Shown piece after piece: positions 28,456 to 42,104 of a stretch of 64,000 nucleotides of DNA. The position numbers and the translations under genes were made by a program. Source of the stretch: Haliotis rubra (lineage: Eukaryota). Below the pieces are notes generated by a model. The model worked only from the letters and a program-made list of their open reading frames with translations, had not been told where the DNA came from and made no database searches. Position 1 is the first letter of the stretch. Each line of letters begins with the position of its first letter. The DNA is taken from assembly GCF_003918875.1 (NCBI RefSeq), contig NW_025767446.1:310001-374000 (forward strand), in the 5' to 3' direction.

Positions 28456-29112
28456 TTAGGAAATACGTCGTGATACTGCGTTGCTGTGACCTCCCAACAT
28501 TACTAGGAAACACATTATTAGGTGTGAAATTATCTTCTTTTTCAACAGGCATGTATCGTCAGTTGTAATTGATCTACAAGTGATTCCAAAGGAAAGGATA
28601 AGTACCTTGCATACTATGCTTCTTTTGATCAATTTCCGGGCAAAAGAAGTAAAGTCTTGAAAATTGGTCCTTCCACATGATAACTCCAAGACCCTTGAAA
28701 TAAACCAATGTTTGAAACAACAGGCATGTATCGTCAGTTGTAATTGATCTACAAGTGATTCCAAGAAGGGTAAGTACCAAGTATACCTAGTATACCATGC
28801 TTCTTGGTATAAACTTTCGGGTGAAAGAAAGTAAAGTCTTGAAAAAATGGATCCTGGGTAAGAATCATTTCCACACAATGCTGTTCTTCTTGTATCTTGA
28901 GATGTGATGTGAGGTAAGAGGCAAGAGTTACACTTTATATACCTTAGAAATATATTCCAGATCTTTCTCTGCGTCACTGATGAACCTTTTATAGATAGCA
29001 ACTTCTTGTATATTGTAAACAGCGACATTTCGGTGTACATTCTTACACCGTTATCAATGTAAGCAATTTCAGCTTCAAAACGGTGTGAGAATAACCAGAG
29101 CTTGTTATCCAT
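28456..29112 (-). pseudogene. Possible decayed Mab-21/cGAS-like C-terminal helical domain
   Basis: LWLFSHRFEAEI...IYKKLLSIK and (FKTLL)FLSPESLYQEAW...LVDQLQLTIHACCFKHWFI echo the Mab-21 motifs WRxSFS-xE, KTxLF-x10-W and PHYFI. This needs a local frameshift and was judged by eye only. Confidence 0.3.
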
Positions 29113-29794
29113 GAAGTTGCATGCTTCATTATTGTCTCACTAATTTCTCGAATGCCGATGAAACGATCAGGGAGGATATAGTACATTCCCAAACTCTGTC
29201 TAAATATAGGACACGTCTAACTATAGGACACCACTGTCCCTCAGTGAATAAGTACTTGTACAGTGTATTACACTTGTAACATTATTACACAGTGAATATC
29301 CCTGTCACATGTCAATAATAACGTGCATCTAATTCGGGTAGTGCCGATACTACTTTCAAATAGGACAAAAGACAAAGTGGCAGGTCATTGCATACACTGA
29401 AAAGTTTTGAACCTCATTCCAAAATACCAATAGGTAGGTATGCCAAGAAAGTATCACATTTGTAATGAATCGCACGAGTCGTTCAGTGGCGTTAGGAGTA
29501 AGTCTGTTTTCTCCTCTACTTCGTATGAAAAGGTAGCCTGTCTGGCCATCTTGAATCTGACGTATTTATCAGTGGCCAGTGGCAGAGAATAACGACTGTG
29601 ACAGTCAGAAATCTCCACTCGGGGAGGATACAGATGAGTTTTATTGCACATGGATGCACTGAGTTGGTAGTGAGACATAGCCCTCCACTGGTTTCGATTC
29701 CACAGTAGACATCAGTCCTAATAGTAACTTAAATTGCAGCAACAATTACCCCGATTTGCGTTGACAAAAACTAACCAACGAAATAACGTTTCGT

Positions 29795-29928
29795 NNNNNN
29801 NNNNNNNNNNNNNNNNNNNNNNNNNNNNNNNNNNNNNNNNNNNNNNNNNNNNNNNNNNNNNNNNNNNNNNNNNNNNNNNNNNNNNNNNNNNNNNNNNNNN
29901 NNNNNNNNNNNNNNNNNNNNNNNNNNNN
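29795..29928. other. Assembly gap
   Basis: Run of 134 N. Confidence 1.
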
Positions 29929-30429
29929 TCCTTGCTCTCTGTGTGCGCGCGCCTTAAATAGAGAGGGAGAAAGAGGGAGAGTGCTTGAGCTCGAGGATGT
30001 GTGTGTGCTCGCGCGCTTAAGTGAGTTTTTGTGTGTGCGTGTGTCTTGTGTTCTGTGTATGCATCTGTTTATGTATGTATGTGTGTGTTTGGCGTGTCTG
30101 TACGTGTATGTGTGCCCGTCTGAGGCTGTGTAGGCCTTTCTTTACCATCGTAACGAATGAGTCACTGAGTGTTTTGGAACAATATACAGTATTCAAAACA
30201 TCAAAATCAAGCTTAAGGGCCCACGACGACACACAGTCAGAAAGGTATTCAGCAGAAACGATCCGCTCGTATAGGGCTCTGTTTTACCAGTGACTGAAAT
30301 AAGACGCCACATGAGTCTCCCGACTCACAATATTGCTCAGTTGGGTGTGCATGTAATGAATGTCAGTCGAGGGAGCTCTAATAACGTGAAGTCCTTAGCT
30401 CATGGTGTCTGTCTACCAAGTAAAATGAC

Positions 30430-32400
30430 TTGTGTACATACCGGTTGAAACATGAACAATTGACTGTTTTAGCATTACTGAAATAACTGGTTGTCTGTGA
30501 ATATTAGACCATTTTAGCAAGACTGAAATATCGGGTCGTGTGTGCATATTAGACTGTTTAAGCATTACTGAAATATCGGGTCGTGTGTGCATAATAGACT
30601 GTTTTAGCATTACTGAAACATATCGGGTCGTGTGTGCATATTAGACTGTTTAAGCATTACTGACATATCGGGTCGTGTGTGCATAATAGACTGTTTAAGC
30701 ATTACTGACATATCTGGTCGAGTGTGCATATTAGATTGTTTAAGCATTACTGACATATCGGGTCGAGTGTGCATATTAGACTGTTTTAGCATTACTGAAA
30801 TATCGGGTCGTGTGTGCATAATAGACTGTTTAAGCATTACTGAAATATCGGACTGTTTAAGCATTACTGAAATATCGTGTGTGCATATTAGATTGTTTAA
30901 GCATTACTGAAATATCGGGTCGTGTGTGCATATTAGATTGTTTAAGCATTACTGAAATATCGGGTCGGTCGATGTGCATTACTGAAATATCGGGTGTTTA
31001 AGCATTATGAAATATCGGGTCGTGTGTGCATATTAGACTGTTTAAGCATTACTGAAATATCCGGTCGTGTGTGCATATTAGACCGTTTAAGCATTACTGA
31101 AATATCGGGTCGTGTGTGCATATTAGACTGTTTAAGCATTACTGAAATATCGGGTCGTGTGTGCATAATAGACTGTTTAAGCATTACTGAAATATCGGGT
31201 CGTGTGTGCATATTAGATTGTTTAAGCATTACTGAAATATCGGGTCGTGTGTGCATAATAGACTGTTTAAGCATTACTGAAATATCGGGTCGTGTGTGCA
31301 TATTAGACTGTTTAAGCATTACTGAAATATCGGGTCGTGTGTGCATAATAGACTGTTTAAGCATTACTGACATATCGGGTCGTGTGTGCATATTAGATTG
31401 TTTAAGCATTACTGAAATATCCGGTCGGTCGTGTGCATATTAGACTGTTTAAGCATTACTGAAATATCGGGTCGTGTGTGCATATTAGATTGTTTAAGCA
31501 TTACTGTTTAAGCATATCGGGTCGTGTGTGCATATTAGACTGTTTAAGCATTACTGAAATATCGGGTCGTGTGTGCATATTAGACTGTTTAAGCATTACT
31601 GAAATATCGGGTCGAGTGTGCATATTAGACTGTTTAAGCATTACTGAAATATCGGGTCGTGTGTGCATATTAGACTGTTTAAGCATTACTGAAATATCGG
31701 GTCGTGTGCATATTAGACCGTTTAAGCATTACTGAAATATCGGGTCGTGTGTGCATATTAGATTGTTTAAGCATTACTGAAATATCGGTTGTCGGGTGTG
31801 CATATTAGACTGTTTATAGGTCGTGTGCATATTAGACTGTTTAAGCATTACTGAAATATCGGGTCGTGTGTGCAGCATTACTGAAATATCGGGTCGTGTG
31901 TGCATATTAGACTGTTTTAGCATTAAGAAATATTGTCGTGTGTGATAGATAGCATTACTGAAATAACAGAATGTCGAGTGTGCATATTAGATTGTTTTAG
32001 CAGCATTACTGAAATATCGGGTCGTGTGTGCATATTAGACTGTTTAAGCATTACTGAAATATCGGGTCGTGTGTGCATATTAGACTGTTTAAGTAGCACT
32101 CTAATACCGGATGAAAGATGAACAATAGACTGTTGTAGCATAATTGTTATATCAGGCCGTGTGTGCATATTAGACTGTTTAAGTAGCACTCTAATACCGG
32201 ATGAAAGATGAACAATAGACTGTTGTAGCATAATTGTTATATCAGGCCGTGTGTGCATATTAGACTGTTTAAGCAGTACTGTAATACCGACTGAAACATG
32301 AATAGAAGACTGTTTTGTTTAGTACTATAATCCCGGTTGAAACATGCACATAATTGTGTTTTTGCAGTACTATAATATCGGGTTGAAGCATGCATATTAG
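30430..32400. repeat. 45-bp satellite, about 40 copies
   Basis: Unit gcattactgaaatatcgggtcgtgtgtgcatattagactgtttaa. The centre is homogeneous, the edges are diverged, and a 90-bp dimer occurs near 32090-32270. Confidence 0.97.
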
Positions 32401-34044
32401 CAGTACAGTACTCAGGGTTGTATTTAGTGAAATTGTGAGCTCAATCTTTATTGAGAAGCATCCTTCAAAATATTCATGAATCTTTTTTTGTCCGTTTAAG
32501 TATCATTTTAGAATAGTAAATGGGGATACAAAAAGCTTTGATTCCCACGAAGAATTAATCAATTTGTAGCGACCTGAACAAACATATGCATGATCTTCAA
32601 GTAATCTAGCGACAAATCTGTTTAAATCACCGTGACGAATAAAAGCAACAAACATACGACTGATCGCAATCTGTGAGGATCAATAAGACCTTATTGAATA
32701 ATCCTGTTTCAAATAATAATACGATGCCGCATTCATAATGCAAAACTGTGTTCATGACAATGTTCCCAAATCAAATCGAACACGTGCGTGGGCAGAATAT
32801 GCATTTATTTGTAAGTTTAAATTTATAAATATTGTATTCACGGAAACTACAGCGCTCTTTATCTCCTATCAACCCATCGATCCGCTCTTAAGAGCCAAGT
32901 GTGTGTGTGAGTGTTGTAGGGACAGCGTTCATGCGCATCACGTGACAAATCCTTGTAAGTTACTAATCATGTTAACACACTGATGTGTCTGGGGAATTCT
33001 TGTAGACACAACAACATGGCAGACGGACATGACCAGGCACGGAACCTATCGTCGCCAGAGGTGTCAGAAACTAAAGGTCAAGTTCAAACTTTGTTAGAAC
33101 AGTTTTTGTAAAGGCCATACTTTTTACAAGTGTTGTCGTTGGCATGTTCTCCAAACAGTTTCAGCAAACCCTGATTAACGCCCAGTATCTTCATTGAGTA
33201 CTGTCTGCACTCAAGCAATTTCAGATGATCTAACATGGTAGTCAAGTGGTTCAATCGTTCGCTGGTTACGTTGAAAGACCGGGTTCGAATCCCCACGGGC
33301 ACAACGTGTTAAGCGTATCAATATTTAGATGTAATTCAGTTAGTCAATCCGAAATTTTCTGACAGGAACGTCAGATTGATGCCTGTATTTCTTGTGCCTG
33401 CACCCGTGCGAGAATGACTGAGCGCGTGCGATTTAGTGAGTGAGTGAGTGAGTGAGAGAGTTAAAATCCAACTCACTTACTCATGTACATGTACTGCAAA
33501 AAAGAACCAAATCTGTTATATATATATAGTTTCCTGTTTATTAGACTACTGGCCAGCACTGGGGTGAAACTGCTACAACAAAAACAACTTATAAAAACTA
33601 TTGTGTTTCAGTTGCTTTTCTGATAGGAGAGAGAGTTCTAGTAAGGTATTAGAATGTTGAGGTTTTTGTGTTCGGGAAATTACAATTCTTACACGTTTCG
33701 AGGGGGCGGCAACGTCTGATTAGAAAACTAGGCCATATCAACAGGATGCACTAATGGCTACATTTTAAAACCTTTTCTTGTTAGTAATCATGATTTCAGT
33801 GAATTTTTCAGCATATAATTTTGAAAGAATATCTGAACTGAATTGTTTTATCACCGATATTTATGTGCGTGTGTGTGTAAAAATATTCCGTCATTTTCAA
33901 ACAGACATTTAAGGCTATTTCTGTACCCTTGTATAAGGTGAGTTATTAGACTTTCAACATAGGGGAAGAGCAAAATGAAAGGTTGAAACACAGGTAACAA
34001 TATGTGTATGTTAACACCAGACGCATATCTTACTTAACATTTCA

Positions 34045-34330
34045 CCGCAATGAGGTCACATATATTACTCACTTGTACACTTCTCTACAATGAGATCTAA
34101 TATATTGCTCACTTTTACACTACTCTGCAATGAGATAACATATTATTCACTGGTACACATATCTACACTGAGATTACAAATTACTTACTAGTACACTATT
34201 CTCAGTGAGATCTCATAGATGGCTCACTTGTACACTTCTCTGCAATGACAGCTAATATATTGTTCACTTATACACTACTCTGCAGTGAAAAGAACAGATT
34301 AATCACGTGTACACATCTCTGCAATGAGAT
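34045..34330. repeat. Degenerate ~40-bp minisatellite
   Basis: cacttgtacacttctctgcaatgagat-like units recur about 7 times. Confidence 0.75.
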
Positions 34331-35479
34331 GATAATAATAATAATTAATAATTAGTGAATTTATAAAGCGCTAAAATACTCCAGGCACTAAGTGTCTGCT
34401 CTAAGCGCTATGGTGAGTATATACACGGTATTTAAAATGAGTAGGAACACAGAAATCTAGCAGTGATAGTATTTTCGGAAAAGGAAAAGGAGATCTTATA
34501 TATTGTTCACTAGATCACATCTATTCGTCACGCGTACACAGTCCCTCACATTTACGAATCTACGACGAGTTTGGATGATTTCTTCGGTTGACAATTAGGA
34601 CAATATCGTGAACAATTTTTAAATACCATACACGATTTTATTCAACTAGCCAATAATATAACTGGGATTCTAATCGTTCAAAGTATTTTATATGTTTTCT
34701 TGCAAAGAGTGTATGTGTCTTTGTATTTAACATTGAGCTGGCTGACTCAGTGCTGCAGCAGCTTCAGGGTTGAATCAAACCCTCTCCGGCACGCTGCAGG
34801 AACATGTAGCAGAGATACTGAGGTTCCCCTATGTTCCCAAGTTGGATATCAGAACCTTGATTGCTGGCCATCTATACCTCGAACTATAGTTTGTTTGTTT
34901 TTAGAAAAAACGTTAAGATATTTTCCAATTAACTTAACCGGGTATCTATGAGATAGTGTTAATGGACACTTTACAGTCTATTCTTGATATGTTATTAAGA
35001 TAATAAGGATATAATGAAATAAGGAATGCTTAATTTATGGTATATCTTACATGTACACACATACACACACACTCACACACACTCTCTCTCACACAATTTT
35101 GGAACAGTTGTTTGCATTAGCAGTATTTTTCACAAGGATGGTTTTGTGTGTTACATTTCATAAGCACTACAAGCACGTTCCAAGTCATGATTCAAATTAT
35201 CTTAAAGACTCCAGGAAATGTATGTTCCTAACATACTAGTCATCCTTTAAAGATGTGAAATTTGAAAATGTATTTTGTGTAGTTCTTTATTTTCTGTGCA
35301 TTGGGAAACATAACCAGGAAAAATTGATTTTTAGTCTGGAGAGAAAACATGTTTCAGTCATTATACCTCTCACCAACTACAGATTACTTCAACTGATCCA
35401 TTTAAACAATTTACAACCAGTTAATTAATAACAACCTCTTTCGATATTCTATGAATAATTATCCTAAAATTGTTTGGTG

Positions 35480-36005
35480 AGATTTGCAATTCAAAAATGA
35501 TCTTCTTAATGACGTAATTTGTAAACTGGGTTAGCATTTCTATGGCGGCCAAAAAGACTTGATATTTTCTAATTATTCAAAGCAATATAATCTCGCCTGT
35601 TCTTCTAAAATATATCATGTAGTCTTTGTTTGAAAGAATAGATATAAAACTGTACATTTCAAACACTCTGTGAAATCCAAACAAAGGTATATCGGCAGTT
35701 TGAAAAAGCAAGGATCTGACTGTCAACACCCAGCTATATGTTTCATTATCATCTAACTGTTTTAAAAACTTATAACTTTGATATCGGTGTCTATTGGGTT
35801 GGTTTTTAACAATTTTATACAATATTTAATTACTCTTATCTGGTTATGAACAAACATATTACAATGACAGGAATCCCATATAATTGCCATATTTCATGCA
35901 TACTTAACCACGCCCATAAAACGTTTGAAATATAATTTTTCAACATTTTCATAGTAGCTAGCTCCCCATATCTCAGACCCATAATGCAGGATAGGTGAGC
36001 TTAAC
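35480..36005 (-). mobile_element. CR1/L2-group LINE ORF2 fragment
   Basis: SPILHYGSEIWG...ENVEKLYFKRFMGV matches the post-RT motif PILxYGxExWG. Confidence 0.7.
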
Positions 36006-37690
36006 AAGCAAGAATGAAATGAACTGATTTGTAGACCAGTATGAGTGTTAAATAGACTACCGTCACAGAACATACAACAACGAAAACGGCCGACCATTAA
36101 ACAGAACAAGGTATGTTTAAATGTAATGTATATTTCACGAGATTTGTTATATGAGCAAACCTTTACAAATCATTGTTAACGTCAACCATATGTGTGTAAA
36201 CGGATTACAATGTCCATTTTTACACTCGCATATTTTGCACGTGTCCAAAATAGCTGCTTTTAGAGGGGTTTTAAGGTGTTTACTTTTATTATTTGAACAC
36301 GAGCAAGTCTGTGACTCAATTAAGTTGATTACAAAAGTACAAATGTAGGGAAATACTTTGTCGTAGGGTACAGTCATGGTCAGTGAAATTGCCAGTTAGA
36401 TTTTCTCTTGAAGGTAGAGAAGTGTTTTCTCTCTTATAAGAGATTCTTTTGCATTTCATCATGTGAAACATCCCGTTTATGCACGCTTAAGAGAAATCAG
36501 TCACATAAGCATGTTATGCCAATTCTTCAAAGTTTTTCTGTAATTTTAATATTTAACATTCCCAGCGAGGTAAATGGTACATAAACACTCAGTATATTTA
36601 CGATTCTAAGACATTCAGTAGTATATTGAAGAGCAAATAAAGCTGTTCCTCGTAGCATTGTATCACATGCTTACTTCGCATTACAAAAATAACGTTAGTT
36701 CGTTAATAATTATCAGTATTGGCGCTAAACAAATACTTAAGTCTGCACTAAATAAATACGTCTACATCGTGCTCTCTCTACAGGTAACATACATGTACAA
36801 CTGCTGGTATATTTGACATCTTAGTTTGAAAAACATGGTTTATTTCCTATAAATCCAACTTGGTATACTTTCTTTTGCTCTTCAGTGTATTAATATTGAC
36901 CACAGCTAGTGTTGTCGGTGTGCGGACCCGGAGTGTTTATATTTTCCACGTCATCAAACGGCCATGCCCCGTTAAGCTACACAGTAGCATCGAAATGTCG
37001 TAATGAACGGCTGATTTATTAATTATGTTTTGTCTGCTACGATCTCCTTTACTTTATCAATGTCTATACACCAACGGCAAGACTTCGGAATACTCTGTGC
37101 GCTTCGGTGTGTCGAGAACCCATGGCGCCCTCCCAGCCATTATGAACGTCCCCGTTGCGACGTCGTGTTCCTGGCTTCACTGCATTTATTGCACACGTGG
37201 GCGAGAGATGGAAGGCATCGTGACGTCATGGTGGAAAGTCGTTGGAAGTAAAGTCTTTAGCATTGTTATGGGCTTTTACACAACTATATTGTTAGATTAC
37301 TGAGATTACCCGATCCCATCTATGGATTATCTTACCCACGTGGATAAAAAGAAACCCTTGAGAAATAATCGGTAATCCATTACACAGACGGGAAACCTAT
37401 TGAAAACACGTCTCCCGATATCCGTGCCCGAGTATTTGGGAAATAATACATGGATATCGAAACAATATTTTCAAAGCTCAAAGCAAAACGTTTAAGTAGA
37501 ACGTTTGCCTGATAAATCTGAATAAGTGAAGTAATAGTGTCGTCACACATGGCATGGTTTAGGGGTTTTGGGGTCTATAATTTTTAGTTTTGAATTACTC
37601 AACAGATCTAAAGACACTATTAGTCACTTTCTTTCAACACAACCTATGCTATGACAAAGCACCCGTGGGAAAACGGATTAAAACAGAGTG

Positions 37691-38035
37691 AGTGAATGAG
37701 TTTTGTTTTACGCCGCTTTTAGTAATATTCCAGCAATATCAAGACTGGGAACACCAAAAACGGGCTTCACACATTGTACCCATGTGAGGAATCGAACCCG
37801 GGTCTTCGGTGTGACGAGCGAACGCTTTAACCACTCGGGTACCCCACCGCCCCGATTAAAACTGACTGACTGACTGACTGAGTTTGGTTTTACGCCCTTT
37901 TTAGCAATATTCCAGCAACATCACGGCGGGGGACACCAGAAATGGGCTTCACACATTGTACCCATGTGAGGAATCGAACCCGGGTCTTCGGCGTGACGAG
38001 CGAACGCTTTAACCACTCGGCTACCCCACCGCCCC
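37691..38035 (-). mobile_element. Two tandem full-length SINE family 1 copies (37691-37853, 37863-38035)
   Basis: Two complete elements are separated by gattaaaac and enclosed by gattaaaacagagtg at 37676-37690 and 38036-38050. Confidence 0.95.
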
Positions 38036-38479
38036 GATTAAAACAGAGTGTAAAAGTCGGCGTATATGTTTGGCTATAAAGTTCGGTGACCAAGTGTCAA
38101 TTTACTCCGACGTCGAGGAAGGTGTTCATGGTATCAATCATCGTTTTGCTTTGCCGGGCTTGAATATGTAACAGGACGCCGCGATAAAGATGTTTCATGG
38201 CAGTGAGAGGCGTAAATGAATACATAAAGTGCACGAAATATAGCGGCTAGAAACAGTCATTTTACGAACGCTTTGTTTGCTCCACACTCGTGTCCATTTT
38301 GAGTGCATCGATGCCAAATGGTTGGTCAGAGTGGCATGCTCCAACATCCTTCATAGTGACGTTACGTTACACGAGACTGTACAGTTACAGTTACAAAGCC
38401 TTTAAATTATTTGAATTATTCTTCATGTGAGCTTGTTTTGACCCTCTGGTACCCATTAACTGCTGGGAGGGCGACTCAT

Positions 38480-38718
38480 CTTTGTTTGTTTGTTTGTCCC
38501 TGCATTCAGCAATATTCCAGCTATATGGCGGCGGTCTGTAAATAATCGAGTCTGGAACAGACAATCCAGTGATCGACATCATGTGCATCTATCTACGCAA
38601 TTGGGATACGCTAACATGTGTCAACCAAGTCAGCGAGCCTGACCACACGATCCCGTTAGTCGCCTCTTACGACAAGCATGGGTTACTTAAGAAAGTTCTA
38701 ACCCAGATCTTTAAGGGT
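38480..38718 (-). mobile_element. SINE family 2, well-preserved copy (another at ~50130-50330)
   Basis: Contains cttgtcgtaagaggcgactaacgggatcg, the shared tail and (aaac)n. Confidence 0.9.
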
Positions 38719-39196
38719 TGCTCATGTTGGAGAAACACATTCCCCAAAATTGTTAGTATCAGAACATCGCAGCCATACCCGTGTTCGTGAGTTCCACAAA
38801 AACGGAGGACGTTGATGAAACGACAGTGATAATATTTCTAAATCTACAGAGTTGGGTCTGATTGGTTAACGCTGATCAACTACGGTGTTATGCATTTACA
38901 ATTTAACTAAGATGGAAAATAATGATTAATTGATAGCCTTAGAATAATTGTCGTTAGCAGGAGTTGCCAACAATCTTGAATCAAACGAAAACTGTCCTGA
39001 ACTGACTCACATCAAACATGCTTGACCCGGATGTATGGCAGTGAGTGAGTGAGTTTAGTTTTTCGCTGCTTTTAGCAACATTCCAGCAATATCAGGAAGG
39101 TGTAGACCAGAAATGGGCTTCGGCGTGACAAGCATATGCTTTAACCATAGGCTACCCCACCGCCACCTGTATAACAGACACTATATGAGAACTGCA

Positions 39197-40605
39197 AACG
39201 TTGGGAACACATGTTGGTGGGGGCACTGTGATATGTAGGGAACACATGTTGGTGAGGGCAGTGTGATATGTTGGGAACACATGTTGGTGGGGGCAGTGTG
39301 ATATGTTGGGAAAACATGTTGGTGGTGGCAGTGTGATATGTTGGGAACACATGTTGGTGGGGGCACTGTGATATGTTGGGAACACATGTTGGTTGGGGCA
39401 CTGTGATATGCTGGGAACACACATGTTGGTGGGGGCACTGTGATATGTAGGGAACACATGTTGGTGGGGGCACTGTGATATGTAGGGAACACATGTTGGT
39501 GGGGCACTGTGATATGTTGGGAACACATGTTGGTGGGGGCACTGTGATATGTTGGGAACACATGTTGGTGGGGGCAGTGTGATATGTTGGGAACACATGT
39601 TGGTGGGGGCACTGTGATATGTTGGGAACACATGTTGGTGGTGGCACTGTGATATGTTGGGAACACATGTTGGTGGTGGCACTGTGATATGCTGGGAACA
39701 TATGTTGGTGGGGGCACTGTGATATGTTGGGAACACATGTTGGTGGGGGCACTGTGATATGTTGGGAACACATGTTGGTGGGGGCAGTGTGATATGTAGG
39801 GAACATATGTTAGGGAACACATATTTGGTGGGGGCACTGTGATATGTTGGGAACATATGTTGGTGGGGCACTGTGATATGTTGGGAACACATGTTGGTGG
39901 TGGCACTGTGATATGTTGGGAACGCATGTTGGTAGGGACACTGTCATATGTTGGGAACACATGTTGGTACGGGCACTGTGATATGTTGGGAACACATGTT
40001 GGTGGGGTCGCTATGATATGTTGGGAACACATGTTGGTGGGGGCACTGTGATATGTTGGGAACACATGTTGGTACGGGCAGTGTGATATGTTGGGAACAC
40101 ATGTTGGTGGTGGCACTGTGATATGTTGGGAACACATGTTGGTGGTGGCACTGTGATATGTTGGGAACACATGTTGGTGGGGGCACTGTGATATGTTGGG
40201 AACACATGTTGGTGGGGGTTCTGTGATATGTTGGGAACACATGTTGTTGGTGGCACTGTGATATGTTGGGAACACATGTTGGTGGGGGCACTGTGATATG
40301 TTGGGAACACATGTTGGTGGGGGCAGTGTGATATGTTGGGAACACATGTTGGTGGGGGCACTGTGATATGTTGGGAACACATGTTGTTGGTGGCACTGTG
40401 ATATGCAGGGAACACATGTTGTTGGAACACTGTGATATGAACACATGTTGTTGGTGGCACTGTGATATGCTGGGAACACATGTTGTTGGTGGCACTGTGA
40501 TATGTTGGGAACACATGTTGTTGGTGGCACTGTGATATGCTGGAAACACATGTTGGTGGTGGCACTGTGATATGCTGGGAACACATGTTGGTGGTGGCAC
40601 TGATA
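39197..40605. repeat. 35-bp G-rich satellite, about 40 copies
   Basis: Unit gttggtgggggcactgtgatatgttgggaacacat; the period is 35 (aacacatg at 40201 and 40236). Confidence 0.98.
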
Positions 40606-40804
40606 CATGTAGTCTCATTGGTCACCCAAGATAGAACACATGGCAACTAATTTCATGATGTCCTCCATTCTTTTAAATCAAAAATTACTTAGCCAGTAAT
40701 GAGCAATCAGTCAACTTATTGGCGGTTAATACTTTGATGGAAGGACGTTGTTTTTACACAAGTACTTTAAGACAGGGTGTATTCAGTATAGATTATCTCA
40801 AAGT

Positions 40805-41820
40805 GTGAGAGATCGCAGATCCAAATCGTGGTGATCGCAAGAGATATCCATGATCGTGAGGTATCGTGATAATCGTGGCAAAATATTAAACATGGTTAAT
40901 ATTTTGCTACGATCATGCCGATAGATTTAGCTATCGCACCAGAACGCGGTACTGCGTAGTAGAGAATATATGGAAAACATCGTATAAGAGCGTGAGTAAG
41001 CGTGGAGTGTGTGTGGATGATCGTAATACATCGTAATAACGAGTACCAGATGTTAGTTCCCATTGTCCCACGATTCTACCAAGATCTATTGCGATTCTAT
41101 AAAGATATATTACGATCTATTATGATTCTATGAAGATCTCCTACTCTATGTCACGTTGTACACAATCTATATCGCTCTAAAAAAATTACGATTCAATGCA
41201 TTTCTATGAACTTTTTAACACGCTGTACTACGAATAGCGTCCACGATCTATCACGATCTATGACGCTCCCTTGTGCTGCGACACGTTCTTCTGCGTTTGG
41301 TGTGCTTTCCTATAAATTGTGTCAAGCTGCCAGAAGAAATTCATTGTCATCCAACTGCAAGCCATATCACACTATTTCATCGTCATTTTCATTGTAAAGA
41401 TATAGGAGATGGGATCGAAAAAGGGCAAGGGGAAAGGAAAGGGCTCCAAAGTAGCTCATGCTGTCCGAGAATCATGTTATAATCGTGTTTAATCGCCCTT
41501 CTTTGTCTAAACAGAAGGTAACAAAAGAAAGCAGATCGTTATGAACGTTTCAAAGCCGACGAAATCGCAACAGATCGTATTCTCAAATCGTGATGGTCGT
41601 AAAAAAGTCGCTACAGATCGTAAATTAATCTCAACAGATCTTCATTGAAGCGTAACTGATCCAATATCCAATCGTAAGAATGCGTAACAGATCCAATCAG
41701 AGCTTATGAAATCGCGTCAAGAGCGTAAAGAAGGGGAAAAATATACAAAATGTTCCACCATCGTGAAGTTCTAATACGATATTTTGGTTCGCGTCAGATC
41801 GACATAATCGTGGCGCTCTC
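40805..41820. mobile_element. Degenerate non-autonomous DNA transposon (Harbinger-like, ATCGT-rich arms)
   Basis: Dense atcgt/acgat motifs in alternating orientation, plus the imperfect palindrome gcaaaatattaaacatggttaatattttgc at 40878-40907. Termini are not resolved. Confidence 0.45.
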
Positions 41821-42104
41821 TTCCCATAGGGAGAGCTTGGGATGTGTGTGTGGGGTGGGGTGGGTGGGGGTGGGGGTGGTGGTGTTTGAGGGATTACCTT
41901 CAAGTCGTACAAAGGCCATTCTATATTTTTACAGGCACAAGGTTGATAAGAAATGTTGAAGTGGTAAAGAACTGATATTTGACATTTTATGACATAATTT
42001 ATTTGGTGTCCCCATTAATAATCACAAGATAAAAACATATCACATGAAATATCAATAGATCAAATATTGCACCAAACATTACCAATTACAAATATATGAA
42101 AGGC

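Larger units (their letters stand above)
22652..28855. repeat. Segmental duplication, copy 2
   Basis: Colinear with copy 1. It has private insertions (integrase fragment, SINE at 26530) and an extra ~190-bp terminal subrepeat. Confidence 0.95.

Noticed and set aside
30413-32258. MLKQSNMHTRPDISV repeat ORFs
   Set aside because: Translations of a 45-bp satellite with frequent frame-breaking indels.
34700-34951. VPLCSQVGYQ resembling a Frizzled CRD start
   Set aside because: The match is too short, and the later cysteine pattern and splice sites are missing.
39141-40646. Long ORFs up to 475 aa
   Set aside because: Read-through of a 35-bp non-triplet satellite; all three minus frames give the same permuted peptide.
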